This document shows positions 1-11,963 of a stretch of DNA of 64,000 bases, piece after piece. Under the pieces are notes generated by a model. It had not been told where the DNA came from. It was given only the letters and a program-made list of their open reading frames with translations, and searched no databases. Made by a program: the position numbers and the translations under genes. Position 1 is the stretch's first letter. Every line of letters begins with the position of its first letter. Source of the DNA: Podarcis cretensis (lineage: Eukaryota); contig OX638154.1 in NCBI GenBank assembly GCA_951804945.1, positions 71,734,001 to 71,798,000 on the forward strand. The letters are read 5' to 3'.

Positions 1-47
1 AACACGAAGGAAAATAAGATGAGGAAATCTTTTGTAACGTGCTAGCA

Positions 48-191
48 CAAGGGTAGTCAACGTGGTGCCCTTCAGATCCTGTTGGACCTCAACTCTCCCA
101 TAAGCCCCAGTCCCCAGTCAGCAGTCAATGGCTAGGGATGCTGAGAGTTGGAATCCAACACATCTGGCCTGCACCATATTGGCTACCCCCG
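48..191. mobile_element. Palindromic hAT-like MITE (degraded)
   Basis: Same cagatg..ggac..aactcccat / gagttg..ccaacacatctgg pattern as copies at 21307 and 56348. Confidence 0.6.
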
Positions 192-321
192 TTTTAGCAA
201 ACTTGGGTTACCTCACGATAGGCAAGCTGTAACAGAAATGAAAGTAAAACGGGTGTTATTGCTGCAGTCCCCTTCTGCTTCATTACCATGATCTCTTAAG
301 AGTCAAGCTGCATGTTAACAC

Positions 322-621
322 CAGTGGCGTAGCATGGGGGAACCACGGGGTGGTTGCCCCAGGCCCAAAATTGTTAGGGGCGCAAAATTTCAACACCCGA
401 CACTGCCTCAATACAGGTGTGGGCTTCCATTGAAAATGATGCAAACTAGGAAGTGAGCTCTCCAAACAATGGAATGACTTCCTTTTCTTATCCCTGAGGC
501 TGCAACCTATTGGGTGATGCAGACACTGTTAGGCCGTTGAATGTGCATGCATACTTGCATCCATTTCCCTCCCTCGCAACCCGCCTTCCACACGGCCCCG
601 GGCACCGGTAACCCATGCTAC
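322..621. mobile_element. Non-autonomous DNA transposon remnant (CAGTGGCGTAGC terminus)
   Basis: Left end cagtggcgtagcatgg; degenerate inverted ccatgctac near 613-621. Confidence 0.45.
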
Positions 622-1033
622 TTTAAGACTCCTGCTGCAGGCAGGCTAGAGCCCTGAGCAGTAGTGTTCCACTAAGGAGGCAGAATATAAAGCAGTGTCT
701 GTAACGACTAGAACAATGTCGGCAGAGCAGATAAGAGAGTTGTTTCTTCACTGCCACTCCCCAACATCGCATTAGGTGGCCCAGAAACTTGATTAGTAAA
801 AGGCTGAGGACAGGCAAAAGAAAAACATCTCTTCACATAATGCTTGTGGAATTCACTGCCATCAAGAAGTGAAGGTGATGATTAGCTTTTAGGATTTGTA
901 CCTCCTCTAAAACACCCCTGGACAATTCTTGCCGCAATTTCTGACAGCGTGGTTGGGTGTGGACGTGGACTACTTTAAACGGACGCAAAGCTTTACCCTT
1001 GCAAAAGGTGAAATGACATTTGTCTTCAATCAG

Positions 1034-1158
1034 GGATTATCGCAGTGGCAGTAACAGAGCGACTGTCTTACGAGGATCGGGTGAACAACTCTGGGCGACT
1101 GCTCTTGTGGAAAGCACCAATTCTCTTTTGGAGCTTCGCAGACCCAATTCACCCCCAG
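1034..1158 (+). CDS. DNAI3: DNAI3 coding exon (G)IIAVAVTERLSYEDRVNNSGRLLLWKAPILFWSFADPIHPQ
   Basis: cag acceptor, gtattt donor; 125 nt. Confidence 0.93.
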
Positions 1159-1282
1159 GTATTTCAAGGAGGGTTTGAATGTTTCTGAGGTGTTTAAAGA
1201 ACAGAACCAATAATTTCAGCATAAGACTGTCCTCAGATCTGATCTATTCCTCCCTCCCCATGTGGATATTTATGTTTTCTAG

Positions 1283-1372
1283 CTGATGCTGGAGTGCCCT
1301 GAAGATATCTACTGCTTTCAGTTCTCCCCAAGCAATCCCAACATCATTGCAGGAGGCTGTATAAACGGACAG
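1283..1372 (+). CDS. DNAI3: DNAI3 coding exon LMLECPEDIYCFQFSPSNPNIIAGGCINGQ
   Basis: tag acceptor, gttagg donor; 90 nt; WD40 repeat. Confidence 0.95.
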
Positions 1373-2171
1373 GTTAGGATTCCATTACTTTTCAGCTACT
1401 TGTTTGCATTTGCAACATACCTCTTCTACATCAGTATTGTGGAATAAGTTGCTCCAGCAGGTTTGCAGATGTTTGGGGGACCAGCAAGGGCTAAGGCCCA
1501 TGCAGGGTCTGGTCATTCTCATCTAACCCTCGAAATCGGAGGTTGCCAACCTTTTTTGGGGTCTGTGGTCACATTTGCAAACTGGAGAAAATGCCTGGGG
1601 CATCACATACACACCACAACCAAGCACACACTACAACCCCTTCTTTTGGTGACAGCAGAATGCTTCCTTCAAGCCTACTTTCAGCACAGGAGTGGGATCC
1701 TATGGGTGCCAGGGAAGACCTCTGTGGGCCCATGGGTGCCTGGGGGCACTGCATTGGCCAAGCCCTGCTCAGAATGCTAACTTTGCCTACATGAGTACTT
1801 TGAGGCCTCCCTAGATATTGCACCACACCCTCGTTTAGATAATTCAGGGTTTATCGAAGTACGCCTGGAATCCCCATGCCATTGTGTGGGACTCCCCAGT
1901 ACCGGAGACATGTTAATGTTTTTTTTTAAAAAATAAAATAAAAATGATTCCCTTTCTATTAGTACAAAACAGTACTAATAGAACTGTACTAACAGAATAG
2001 AATAGTACTAATAGAATAGTACTAACAGTACTGTGAGCTCAGCTAGCCCTCCCTGCATATTCTGTAGAGTCATATTCTACCCTTCCATCACGTGGCACAT
2101 TAAAGTGTCCATTAAAACAGGACAATCTGCCTTCTAACGTGTCGTTTCCCCTCTCTGCCCTCCCATTCCAG

Positions 2172-2261
2172 GTTGTACTGTGGGACATTTCAGCATACGA
2201 AGAGAGGTTACGAAATGCGAAGTCCGGTACAGGCGGGAGCAAGAATACCACAGTTAACATG
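2172..2261 (+). CDS. DNAI3: DNAI3 coding exon VVLWDISAYEERLRNAKSGTGGSKNTTVNM
   Basis: cag acceptor, gttggt donor; 90 nt. Confidence 0.92.
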
Positions 2262-2904
2262 GTTGGTACTTTTAAAGATTCTGCTTTTAGCATTCCGTAT
2301 CATGAATTCCTCAAGGAACCACTGAGAATTGCTTCACGTTTTCTTCTGTGCATAGATGAAGTTGCAGGCTTTCCAGAGCACTTGTGCGCACACACAAGTG
2401 TAACGTAGGAATAAGGGGCTGGAAGTGGGGCAGATCCACCACGCTCGCTTTCTGGTAGGTGGGTTGCTTGTGGCTTGCCAGAAGGGGAGAGGAGGTGGCG
2501 GGAGAGAAGCTAGCATGCTGCAAATGCCCCGCCAGGCTGTTTTGGTGTGCTCATGTCACACCGACGTCCCTGCCATCACATTCCCTTCCCTTTCCCCTCT
2601 CCTTTCAGCAACAGCAGCCCACCTGCCAGGAAGCTAGTGTATCAGCTCGGCTCTGCTTTCTCCCCTTCAGGAAGACGCTTCTGCAAGGCACCCCAAAGCT
2701 ATAGCCATTAGCAATTTCCATTTTTGTGACCACCGGGGAAAGTGAATGCCCAGTTCCCACGTTGCATTTGTTTATTGCATGCAGTATGTAGAGCAAAGTA
2801 CCATAGGCCTGAGAATGTACACATTGCACCGTTTATTATAGTTTATTGAAGAAACAAGTGTTTGAAATTTGCAACGATCCTTTCAAGGGATCTGAAAGGG
2901 ACTA

Positions 2905-3436
2905 CTGTATTTTTCGCTCTATAGGACGCACTTTTCCCCCCTCCAAAAATTAAGGGGAAATGTGTGTGCATCCTATGGAGTGAATGCAGGTTCCTTGGCT
3001 TCAGCAATAGCAACGCGAAGCCTCCAAAGCGCAGAGGGAGCGCTCCCTCCGCGCTCTGGAGGCTTCGCGTTGCTTTCACTGAAGCCTGGAGAGCGAGAGG
3101 GGTCGGTGCACACCGATCCCTTTCGCTTTCCAGGCTTCAGGGATAGCTGCCTGAAGCCTTCGGAGTGCAGCGCGAGTTCCTGCTGCGCTCTGCAGGCTTC
3201 AGGTTCCTTTTGCTGAAGCCGGGAGAGCAAGACTCTCCTGGCTTCAGCAGAGAGGGAGAGCTGCACAGCGCCCCTTCAGCCAAGCGGGAGGAGAAATGGA
3301 AGGGGCTCTGTTTCTCCTGCCGCTTCGCTGAAGGGGCGCTGAGCAGAGAGGGGGAGATTTTTTTTTTTCTTGTTCTCCCGCTCTAAAACAAGGTGCATCC
3401 TATGGTCGGGTGCGTCCTATAGAGCGAAAAATACGG
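2905..3436 (+). mobile_element. Tc1/mariner (Tc2/pogo-like) MITE
   Basis: TIR C(C/T)GTATTTTTCGCTCTATAGGACGCAC at both ends, TA duplications; family copies at 14762, 15924, 50044. Confidence 0.9.
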
Positions 3437-3519
3437 TAGTTCAGGTGTGAAAGGAAACTGTGGCTTTGTGCTTTTAGTTGCCCCTGAAAAACATACGCTC
3501 ATACAATGTAGAAGTATTA

Positions 3520-3650
3520 CCGCATTTTTCAATGTATAACTTTTTCCCCTAAAAAATAATGTCACTCTCCTCCCATTTTCTTAAATCTGAGTCCCCCCCA
3601 TATAGGGGGCATCTTATACATGGGGGCGACTTATAGACGAAAAAATGTGG
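3520..3650. mobile_element. Degraded Tc2-like MITE (second subfamily)
   Basis: ccgcatttttc...tataa start and ttatagacgaaaaaatgtgg end. Confidence 0.5.
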
Positions 3651-3854
3651 AAAAAAAATTCACTCAATTCCTAGAATATGGGCTAGCTTGATAGGTCAGG
3701 TTGTATCAATGAATGCTTGGCAGTCCCCCCCCCCCCCGATGTATCCAAAATTATTCACTATAAAAACAGGAATGGCAAGTGGATGAAGGAAGCAATGCCC
3801 ACCAGGAAAGCATGGAAAAACTAGAAAGAGCTGGGTCATGCAATGGATGCAAAT

Positions 3855-4020
3855 GATAGCTCAGTCGGTAGAGCATTAGGCTCTTAATCTCAGGGCCGCA
3901 GGTTCAAACCTTGTGTTGGGTGAAAGATTCCTGCATTGCAAGGGGTTAGATTATATGCAGGGCGTTGGATAACATATGACCCTCATGTCCCTCCCAACTC
4001 TCAGCATTCTATGATTCTGT
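3855..4020 (+). mobile_element. tRNA-Lys-derived SINE with CR1-type 3' tail
   Basis: Head gatagctcagtcggtagagcat..ctcttaatctcaggg..ggttcaa resembles tRNA-Lys(CTT); tail ends ccaactct..attctatgattct. Confidence 0.8.
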
Positions 4021-4063
4021 CATGTATGGAAATTAGTGGACACTAATTTGTGTTCAATTTCAG

Positions 4064-4192
4064 CCAAGTTTCATGCTGGAACAACAAGTTGGGAAGGAGC
4101 CACACTTGGTGAGATACTGTGCAGTCTCTTCCATCGAATATGGCCATAAATCAGTAATAACAGATATACAGTGGTTGCCAGAGTTTTTTGAG
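4064..4192 (+). CDS. DNAI3: DNAI3 coding exon PSFMLEQQ...CAVSSIEYGHKSVITDIQWLPEFFE
   Basis: cag acceptor, gtaaga donor; 129 nt. Confidence 0.94.
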
Positions 4193-4837
4193 GTAAGAGT
4201 TCATCCTAAGTATTTCATATTTGTACCGTTAATGCAAAAGAGGAAAATTACAAATAATGCCCTATTTGTTACATCTGTATAACTGTCTGGGACCAACACA
4301 GGAACAGTGATCTATACTAAGCAACCCATGCATATTAAGCTCAGTATTAATTACCCGTGTAATTTCAAAGGGCTGCTTCACACCATACTTCTTCGTTGTG
4401 TTTTGGTGAACGAGATAAATTTAATTATTGCATGAAAAACTCTGCATACGCTTGTAACTCGTGTTTGTGTGTGTTTCCCTTGTGCCCTTTAAAAAAAACG
4501 TTGTGTGATATGGATGTTGAGTGTGAATACGGATGTTGAGTGTTAATTTCTAGCCTGTCCTCATGACAGCGACTATAGATAATTCCCCAGTGTTCCAAAC
4601 ACTTTTTACGTACATTATTTCAACAACCCTTTCAACAGCTTTGTAAGGTAGGCCAAATGATCGTCATGCTGCAGTCGAGGGGGTATGGCAGTGGTTTGTC
4701 TTAGGCGTCCTAGCATGTTTATGAAAGAGGCAAGATTTGAATTAGGCCCCATCTGCTCTATACATTGATAGCAGCATCATGCCAGTTTAAACCTTCATGG
4801 CCTCCTCCAGAGAATCCTGCAAACTGTAGTTTGTTAA

Positions 4838-5316
4838 TAATAATAATTTATTATTTGTACCCCGCCCATCTGGCTGGGTTTCCCCAGCCACTCTGGGCGG
4901 CTTCCATAAAAACCAAAAATACACTAAAATACACTAAGATTAAAAACTTCCCTGAACAGGGCTGCCTTAAGATGTCTTCTGAATGTCAGGTAGTTATTTA
5001 TCGCTTTGACATCTGATGGGAGGGCGTTCCACAGGGCAGGCGCCACTACCGAGAAGGCCCTCTGCCTGGTTCCCTGTAGCTTTGCTTATCGCAATGAGGG
5101 AACCGCCAGAAGGCCCTCGGCGCTGGACCTCAGTGTCCAGGCAGAACGATGGGGGTGGAGACGCTCCTTCAGGTATACTGGGCCAAGGCCGTTTAGGGCT
5201 TTAAAGGTCAACACCAGCACTTTGAATTGTGCTCGGAAACGTACTGGGAGCCAATGTAGGTCTTTCAAGACCGGTGTTATGTGGTCTCGGCGGCCGCCCC
5301 CAGTCACCAGTCTAGC
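4838..5316 (-). mobile_element. L2-type LINE 3' fragment (5'-truncated)
   Basis: ORF2 C-terminal motif HITPVLKDLHWLPVRFRAQFKVLVLTFKALNGLGP; (TTA)n-like tail; TGTTAA direct repeats at 4832 and 5317. Confidence 0.9.
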
Positions 5317-5507
5317 TGTTAAGGGTGCTTGGAGTTGTTAGGAGATCCCTATTCCATCGCAGAGCCACAATTGTGTTCTTAACAGCTGGGGGGGGCCACA
5401 GTTTCCCCATCCCTGCTATTGAGCATGCCTTCACCAAAGTACTTGTATAGCTACTGCATTTTGTATTTTTGTTTCTAATAAAGGTTGTTTTACTTGCTAC
5501 TTCTAAG

Positions 5508-5581
5508 GTCAACAGAATGGGCACTATGTTTGAAAACAGAGCTGGAGTTTGTGTGCAGCTTGTCACCTGCTCACCAGACTG
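5508..5581 (+). CDS. DNAI3: DNAI3 coding exon VNRMGTMFENRAGVCVQLVTCSPD(C)
   Basis: aag acceptor, gtaagt donor; 74 nt. Confidence 0.93.
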
Positions 5582-5937
5582 GTAAGTATTTCTTCTTCTT
5601 CAAGGTTTATTACGCAAGGCCCAGTTCAGATGTCACAATCTCCGACTTTTAAACCATGGTTTATTGGACCAGGAATGAGTTGTGTGCCTGCAGGCTCCTT
5701 CCTTGCCCATCCTCTTTGCTTCTGCTCTCCTGTGGCTTGCTTTGGCAAAGATACCTCGATTTCCTAAATCAGTTTCCTGTGATACCATAACCAGGAAACT
5801 GTGGTTTGGCAGTGTCTTCAAACAGATTGTGACTTCTGAACCAGTTTGATAAGGTACTGTCTTCACTCTTTCTTCAATTCCCTCTCTTTCTTTCCATTGT
5901 TTGGTGTAACAAACCTCCTCCTTTTGTGTAATGACTA

Positions 5938-6273
5938 CAGTGGTGCCTCGCAAGACGAAATTAATCCGTTCCGTGAGTCTCTTCGTATAGCGGTTTTTTC
6001 GTCTTGCGAAGCAAGCCCATTGACAGCTTAGCGGATTAGCGGTTTAGCGGCTTTTAGCAGCTTATCAGCTTAGCGGATCAGCTGATAAGCGGCTTAGCGG
6101 TTTAGAAAAAGGGGGGGAAAGGGGGGAAAACCCGCAGGAACTCGCAAGACATTTTCGTCTTGCGAAGCAAGCCCATAGGGAAATTCGTTTTGCGAAGCGC
6201 CTCTAAAACGGAAAACCCTTTCGTCTAGCGGGTTTTCCGTCTTGCGAGGCGTTCGTCTTGCGGGGCACCACTG
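5938..6273. mobile_element. Tigger/pogo-like Tc1-mariner MITE
   Basis: TIR CAGTGGTGCC(T/C)CGCAAGACGAA, TA duplications. Confidence 0.9.
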
Positions 6274-7124
6274 TACTGAATACCAATAGATAAGAGAAGA
6301 GAATCCTGATGTCCCATACTACCAATTAAGCTGTTGAAAAATGTTACCTGCAAGGTTTCGCTTTATGGAATGTTGCATAACTTTTTTTAAAAAAAAACTT
6401 ACTTTAGCACAAGCATTTTCACATAAGAGTATTCTTCAGCAGCTCCATTACCATTGAGTTTGCACATGCCGTGGAGTGTCTAGATGTTAGATTTAGTGTG
6501 TTGGCAAAGGAAGACTAAGAGCAGGGAAGCCTTTCACACCGGCATTCGGAATAGTCCTCCAAATAGGAGAGGCTTCAGCGACTGACTGGGATTACCTTGC
6601 CCCCCACATGCTCAAGGTTAGAATTCGTGACGTGCACCCAAGCTAACCACAGCCAGTCTGCCATGTATGGAAAACCCATCAAGAGGCTTGAAAGATATTT
6701 TGTTTCATGCTACCTACCTGAAACTGCAAAAAGGGGATTATCAGATAGCTAAAATGGGCTGCGTTTGGCTTGGAGGATGAATCACAAGTTGCCCAGGGCT
6801 GGATGAGAGTAAGAATCCTCCCCTTTTATTGTAGATTAATCAGTGGATTTAGGGCTTTCTTCTGCTCATTTTACTTCTCCACCACCTCCCATCTTGACCT
6901 GTTTCTGGTTGGCACCCCAGTAGGGACTCACCTTTTACCCTGCCGGATGCTCTCCATTTGTAGCGTACTGTAATCCTTTTGGCACCCCAAGGAGCTCCTT
7001 TTTCTGTGACATCTGCTTACCTGATGTATTCGGCCGTTCCTAAACAACTGCTATCTCACTGAAAGTGGATGAGGCAGGCTGGATCTACAACCTAACTTTT
7101 CTATCGTTGTCTATTCCTCCGCAG

Positions 7125-7272
7125 CACAATATATTTTTGGGATCTCCGAGCTCACAGGCCTACTCTCCAGCCTTCAAGTGAGAAGAAAAAGGAAGATAAG
7201 CTGATTTTGGCTCCGCCTGATGTGCCTACTACCTTCAAACACCTGGATCTCTGCTGGAGGCCTCTCATTAAG
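7125..7272 (+). CDS. DNAI3: DNAI3 coding exon TIYFWDLRAH...TFKHLDLCWRPLIK
   Basis: cag acceptor, gtatgg donor; 148 nt. Confidence 0.94.
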
Positions 7273-8136
7273 GTATGGGGCTGTGAATTTAGGAGAACCG
7301 CCAAGATCTATTGATAGGGATGATGTGGCTACAGCATATAGTTTTACTGTTAATTTCTTCACCGTACTTTTCATCTCCTCAAGGCAGTGAGGTTTCTCTC
7401 TGAGCAATCTTATGTTTCGGAAAAAAAAATATTTAAAATTGCATGTACAAATTGTCCCACTCTGCAGCAGGGATGGTGGATAAACATGATTCATTTTAAA
7501 GCAAGCCCTACCCAACCCACCTGTTCCAAAAGAAAATGCAAACTGAAACACAGCGGTCCTTCTGGTTTCTCTTCAGATCGTATAAATCTTTTGCCTTTTA
7601 CGAAATTCGCACAGCTCTGAATTTCGCAGTGCAATTCTCCAACCGGGGAATGTTTACCAAAAAAACCCCTGCATCCCTAGGGTAAAGTGTGCATTCGTGA
7701 AAATAGCAGGCACAAATGCATTATTATGGAGGGAAACCTGCTTGGAAAAAGGTGTATATTAGGCAAAATGACATAGGAAAACGTGTTCGTGGGGAGAAAT
7801 TCATACTAAAATGCTGATGAGTACACATAAGGACTTTCCTTTTTTAAAAGAAAATGCAGTCTGATGTGGAAATGGAAAGGAACTGAACTTATGAATGGAA
7901 AAATGATTTGGACAGCAAGCCCCACAGGGACTGATGGGAGTTGTAGTCCAAATCGCCTGGCAGGCACCAGGTCGGTGAGGGCTCGCATGGCACAACTAAT
8001 GCTTCTGATCTCTTATCTCAGTACTACTGAATGTGTAAGCTGCCTTTCTGTCTGGACACACCAGAAAGTGATGTAACTTTTAACTCAAGTTTCTTTGTGG
8101 AGTATACGGTCCAATGCTCTTCGTATCTTAAAACAG

Positions 8137-8224
8137 GTGAACCTGCCCAAGACAGATACAGGTGCAGAGTACAGCCCTATAAAACTTAGCTTTAGAGAAG
8201 AGCATTACCATACCAAAATTCAAG
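8137..8224 (+). CDS. DNAI3: DNAI3 coding exon VNLPKTDTGAEYSPIKLSFREEHYHTKIQ
   Basis: cag acceptor, gtatat donor; 88 nt. Confidence 0.9.
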
Positions 8225-9114
8225 GTATATATATATATATTTACATTATATATGCATGCATTATATATACATATGGACTGATGCCAGCATATCTCCCTCC
8301 ACCTGGTTTCTACACCATTCAGGGTTGCCCCTAACCCTCTGGGGAGAGGTTTGGGGGAGCACAGGAAGTAAGCTTTCTGCTTGCAGAACCTCTAAACCCA
8401 ACACTATACCTGTAATGTGGGTGCTTATTAAATCTACTTTTAGTGGAGAGAGGTGGGGGGGGGGGAGGGAGCAGGGGTGCAAACTTGAATATAATATTGG
8501 GGGGCCAGGTACACCCCACCCCACATAATTGATCAAAATACATGTCGCGCACACACCATTTTAATGGCAATGCTCATCAACGGGGGGCGGGGAGGAGGCT
8601 GGTTCCCTCAAATATTTTTTTTTTTTGGGGGGGGGAGGTGTCCTTGGTCCCTAGGAGTTTGAGAGAGCACAATCATTAAATGCCATACATTCTTTTCTCG
8701 GGGCATGTCTATTCGCCGTAACATAACCTGGTGAAACTGACAGCAGTTTCTCTCATAAAACACGGAGAAACAAACTTCGGGGAGACAAACTTGTTGAGCT
8801 GCTTTGGGGGAGCCAGTGATCTACCAGTAGATCACGATCTACCTGTTGGATGTGCCTGCTCGAACTGAATAAACTGCAGGACAATGACAATTCTGGAATG
8901 TGGATTTTCCATAGCTTGCCACCTTCTGCTCACCTGAGCTTAAAGATGGTAGATGAAAGGCATTAATTAATGGGAACGATTGCTGTGCTTAGTAGTGGTT
9001 GTTTTTAATGCAAAACACGTAAAATGATAGCAATGAGTGAGTAGGAATGTGGAAAGTTTCGAGTTTTTTTGTTTATACAATTTGCATAGTGATTTTATCC
9101 ACATTCTTCCAAAG

Positions 9115-9245
9115 ACAAAACACAGCCCCAAGTCAAACAGGAGGCACTTGTGGAAAAGCTGCCATATAGCGAGATACAGGCCACGTCCATGAAACCTCTG
9201 AAGCTGCTAGAAAATGTCACCAGCAGCTTTTTTGTTGGGACTGAG
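9115..9245 (+). CDS. DNAI3: DNAI3 coding exon (D)KTQPQVKQ...SSFFVGTE
   Basis: aag acceptor, gtaagt donor; 131 nt, phase consistent. Confidence 0.9.
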
Positions 9246-9560
9246 GTAAGTTGGACATTTGGGTGTACAATTGTTCTTTAAGGTGGGGGAGGGTAAGAGA
9301 CAATTGGAGAATGCAAGGCCTGAACTTAAAGGAAAAGTAATAACCACACCATAAAGTATTTTGTTTTTTTCAAAGCGCCTCTTAAACCATCCCGGCATTT
9401 CTTCTTCATTCTCTCAGCTTGTGGCCCATCTTAAAAACAAGGCATCATGCAGGAAATTGTTTCAATTTTGCAAACACTTTTGTATGCTTCAAAAGAGATC
9501 AAAGCTCAGCTTAAAAAAAAAAAAAAATTGTGACCAGTATTTCACTTTATGGCATTGCAG

Positions 9561-9624
9561 GATGGTGAAGTCCTTTATACCGACTGGAAGATGGAGAGAG
9601 ATGGGGACTCAGGAAGACTGCTTA
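9561..9624 (+). CDS. DNAI3: DNAI3 coding exon DGEVLYTDWKMERDGDSGRLL
   Basis: cag acceptor, gtatgc donor; 64 nt. Confidence 0.93.
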
Positions 9625-10765
9625 GTATGCTTTGAATTTCTCTGGGTGGACAGGGATTGCTGTGGGATTTGGGTGGCTTTTGTTTTGGTTTTTTAAACTA
9701 ACCAAGGACAACACAGTTCTGAAAGAAATCTGCATGTAACAGTTTCTTCAGTCAATGTTAATGTTACTCAGCTGTACAGGATACAGTAGTGAGTTTGGCA
9801 TTAGAGAGGTGTTGCTGAGTAAAAGAGAGAGGGAGAGGTAGAAAAGGCGAATAAATGCTGAGAACACTACTACTAGCAATGGGGCATGGGGGATAAATTC
9901 AATTCTCTTCGCATTTCCAAAGCAACAGTTGAATCAAAACGAAACCACCATTGAAAATTTACACTTCTCCAAATTGTGCTGTGTAGTTTTCCAGCCAAGC
10001 AATGCTTTAAAAAGTGCGTGTCTTCAGGGTAATATTGCTTTGGCAAAACGTTTATATCAGGAGAAATCACGTGGGTATATTGGCAGAAACTCCTGACAAA
10101 TTTTCATATGGACTTTAAATTCTCCTTGCACACTGCAGCGAAGGTTTATTACTCAAGGAGATACATGCATGTATTATTGTGCTGTGGGGTTCAGATGAGA
10201 ACAGATTAACAGAGCATCTTTCAAAAACTAGATGTAGGTAAAGGAACTAGTTAGATTAGGTTAAGGGGCAATGCAAGGGGGTTGCCTAGGTGGGGTGTCT
10301 GAGTCCTGGGAATTTTTTGTGCAGGGAGGGACCTAGATCTCCTGACCCTCCTTTAAAACACAAACAAAAACTTTGCTTAAAGGGCAGCAGGGCACACGCA
10401 ATGTGTGGGGCCGGTAAGACCCAATCTACCTTCTTTAATTTGCACTGAGGAACTATATGTATTTGTGCAAATATGTGGCATATGGGCCTGTACTTTGAGA
10501 CCTTATTCACATCTGCACACATGCCATTTTAAACAATCATGGCTTCCTCCAGAATCCTAGCAACTCTAGTTCATTTAGAGTGCTGGGAATTGTAGCTCTG
10601 TGACGAGTATCCTAGCAATTTTTCGCTTTATCCTGACCTCTTTAAAAGGCACAGAATAGTCACTTACCAACTAGTTCAACACCTTGCAAGAGCCAGATAA
10701 AATGTGACAAAGAGACAAATGTATGCACATGCAAAACACCAGTCTCTCTCTCTCTTTCTCGTAAG

Positions 10766-10896
10766 GTCAAAAGCCATCCAACACTTACATCATCCATGAT
10801 GGACTTGTTCATACTGTACAGAGGTCTCCGTTTTTCAAAGACATAATTCTCACCGTTGGAGGCTGGAATTTTGCAATATGGAAAGAAGGTGTCACG
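10766..10896 (+). CDS. DNAI3: DNAI3 coding exon (S)QKPSNTYIIHDGLVHTVQRSPFFKDIILTVGGWNFAIWKEGVT
   Basis: aag acceptor, gtatgt donor; 131 nt; WD40. Confidence 0.95.
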
Positions 10897-11758
10897 GTAT
10901 GTTCCTCTGGAATGGGAAATCCTTAAGAAAGGGGTGAGAAGTCCATTCCAAATGTAGTACAAGGTGATTCAGAAAGGTGTGAGGAACAGGTAGGAACGTG
11001 TTTTCAGCTGTTTTTTTGGGGGGGCTGTTTACCTATTTCCTTTGATATTCTTCAAGGGAAGTTTCCTGCAGATGGTTTATATGTAGATGACTCCTCTCAG
11101 TGAATATAACAGAATATTTTAAAACCAGCCATGATTCTCTAATCAAGAGCTGTTATAGCTCGGAACATATTGGATATTTTTTGCAAGAAACAAAAACATG
11201 AAAATACCCCTATTTCTTGCACCTATTTGAATAATGCTGTGCCCCACTGATTCAGGACATACTGAAGGATATTCTCCAGTTCCCCACAGGTGTAGAGGTT
11301 TCACTATTTCAATGTATATGCATAAATTCACGATGCAAGTGTAGCTTCTTCTGCCAACAGAGTGGAATTTATCAGTTATGAATATCTGATGAATTTATCA
11401 TATCCCCATGCACCTGCCATAAACTGAGGATACAGATCCCCAATAAATTTCTATTTTAATCTTCCTGTATTCTTCAGTTGCGCTTAAGCTACCCAAATAT
11501 AACAAAATCCTTTAAAAAGCACTCTCACGTAGAATTGCAACTGGTTGTACAATGTGTAAGACCTGTTAGCATAATGATTGAAAATTGATGAAGAGTTTAA
11601 TGGGGATTTCCCCACAGCCACCATTTTAATGGGATGGGATGGGAAAAGGCAGGAATACTCAAAAAAGACAGGAAGATGGAAGTGTTAGGTGAACAATTTT
11701 AATCTGGTATTTGTTTCATGTAACTATTTTCCTTTTGGCCTTTGCTTTTTTAATGAAG

Positions 11759-11963
11759 AGCGGTCCCCTCCTTGAGTCAAGTTGCACAGCAAAGAGATAC
11801 ACCGTTGGGCAGTGGTCCTTATCAAGGCCAGGTGTTTTCTTCATTGGGAGAGAAGATGGAAATATTGACATTTGGGACCTGTTGGAGAAGACTCATGAAG
11901 CATCTCAGACCCAAAACGTCTGTATTGCACTGATTACTTGCATCAAACCCTGGATTTACTCTT
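11759..11963 (+). CDS. DNAI3: DNAI3 coding exon SGPLLESSC...RPGVFFIGREDGNIDIWDLLEK...KPWIYS
   Basis: aag acceptor, gtatgt donor; 205 nt; WD40. Confidence 0.95.

Noticed and set aside
1958-2032. agtactaa(t/c)agaat short-period repeats resembling a CRISPR-like array
   Set aside because: No unique spacers; simple degenerate tandem repeat in eukaryotic intron DNA.
2843-3386. Cluster of ORFs with repeated RSLQSAEGALP peptides (also 15823-16809)
   Set aside because: Translations of palindromic MITE sequence; no transposase motifs.
3855-3928. tRNA-Lys gene
   Set aside because: Acceptor and T stems are broken and the sequence runs into a CR1-type tail, so it is a SINE head.
5086-5307. Independent protein-coding gene
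   Set aside because: C-terminal fragment of L2 ORF2 in a truncated insertion.
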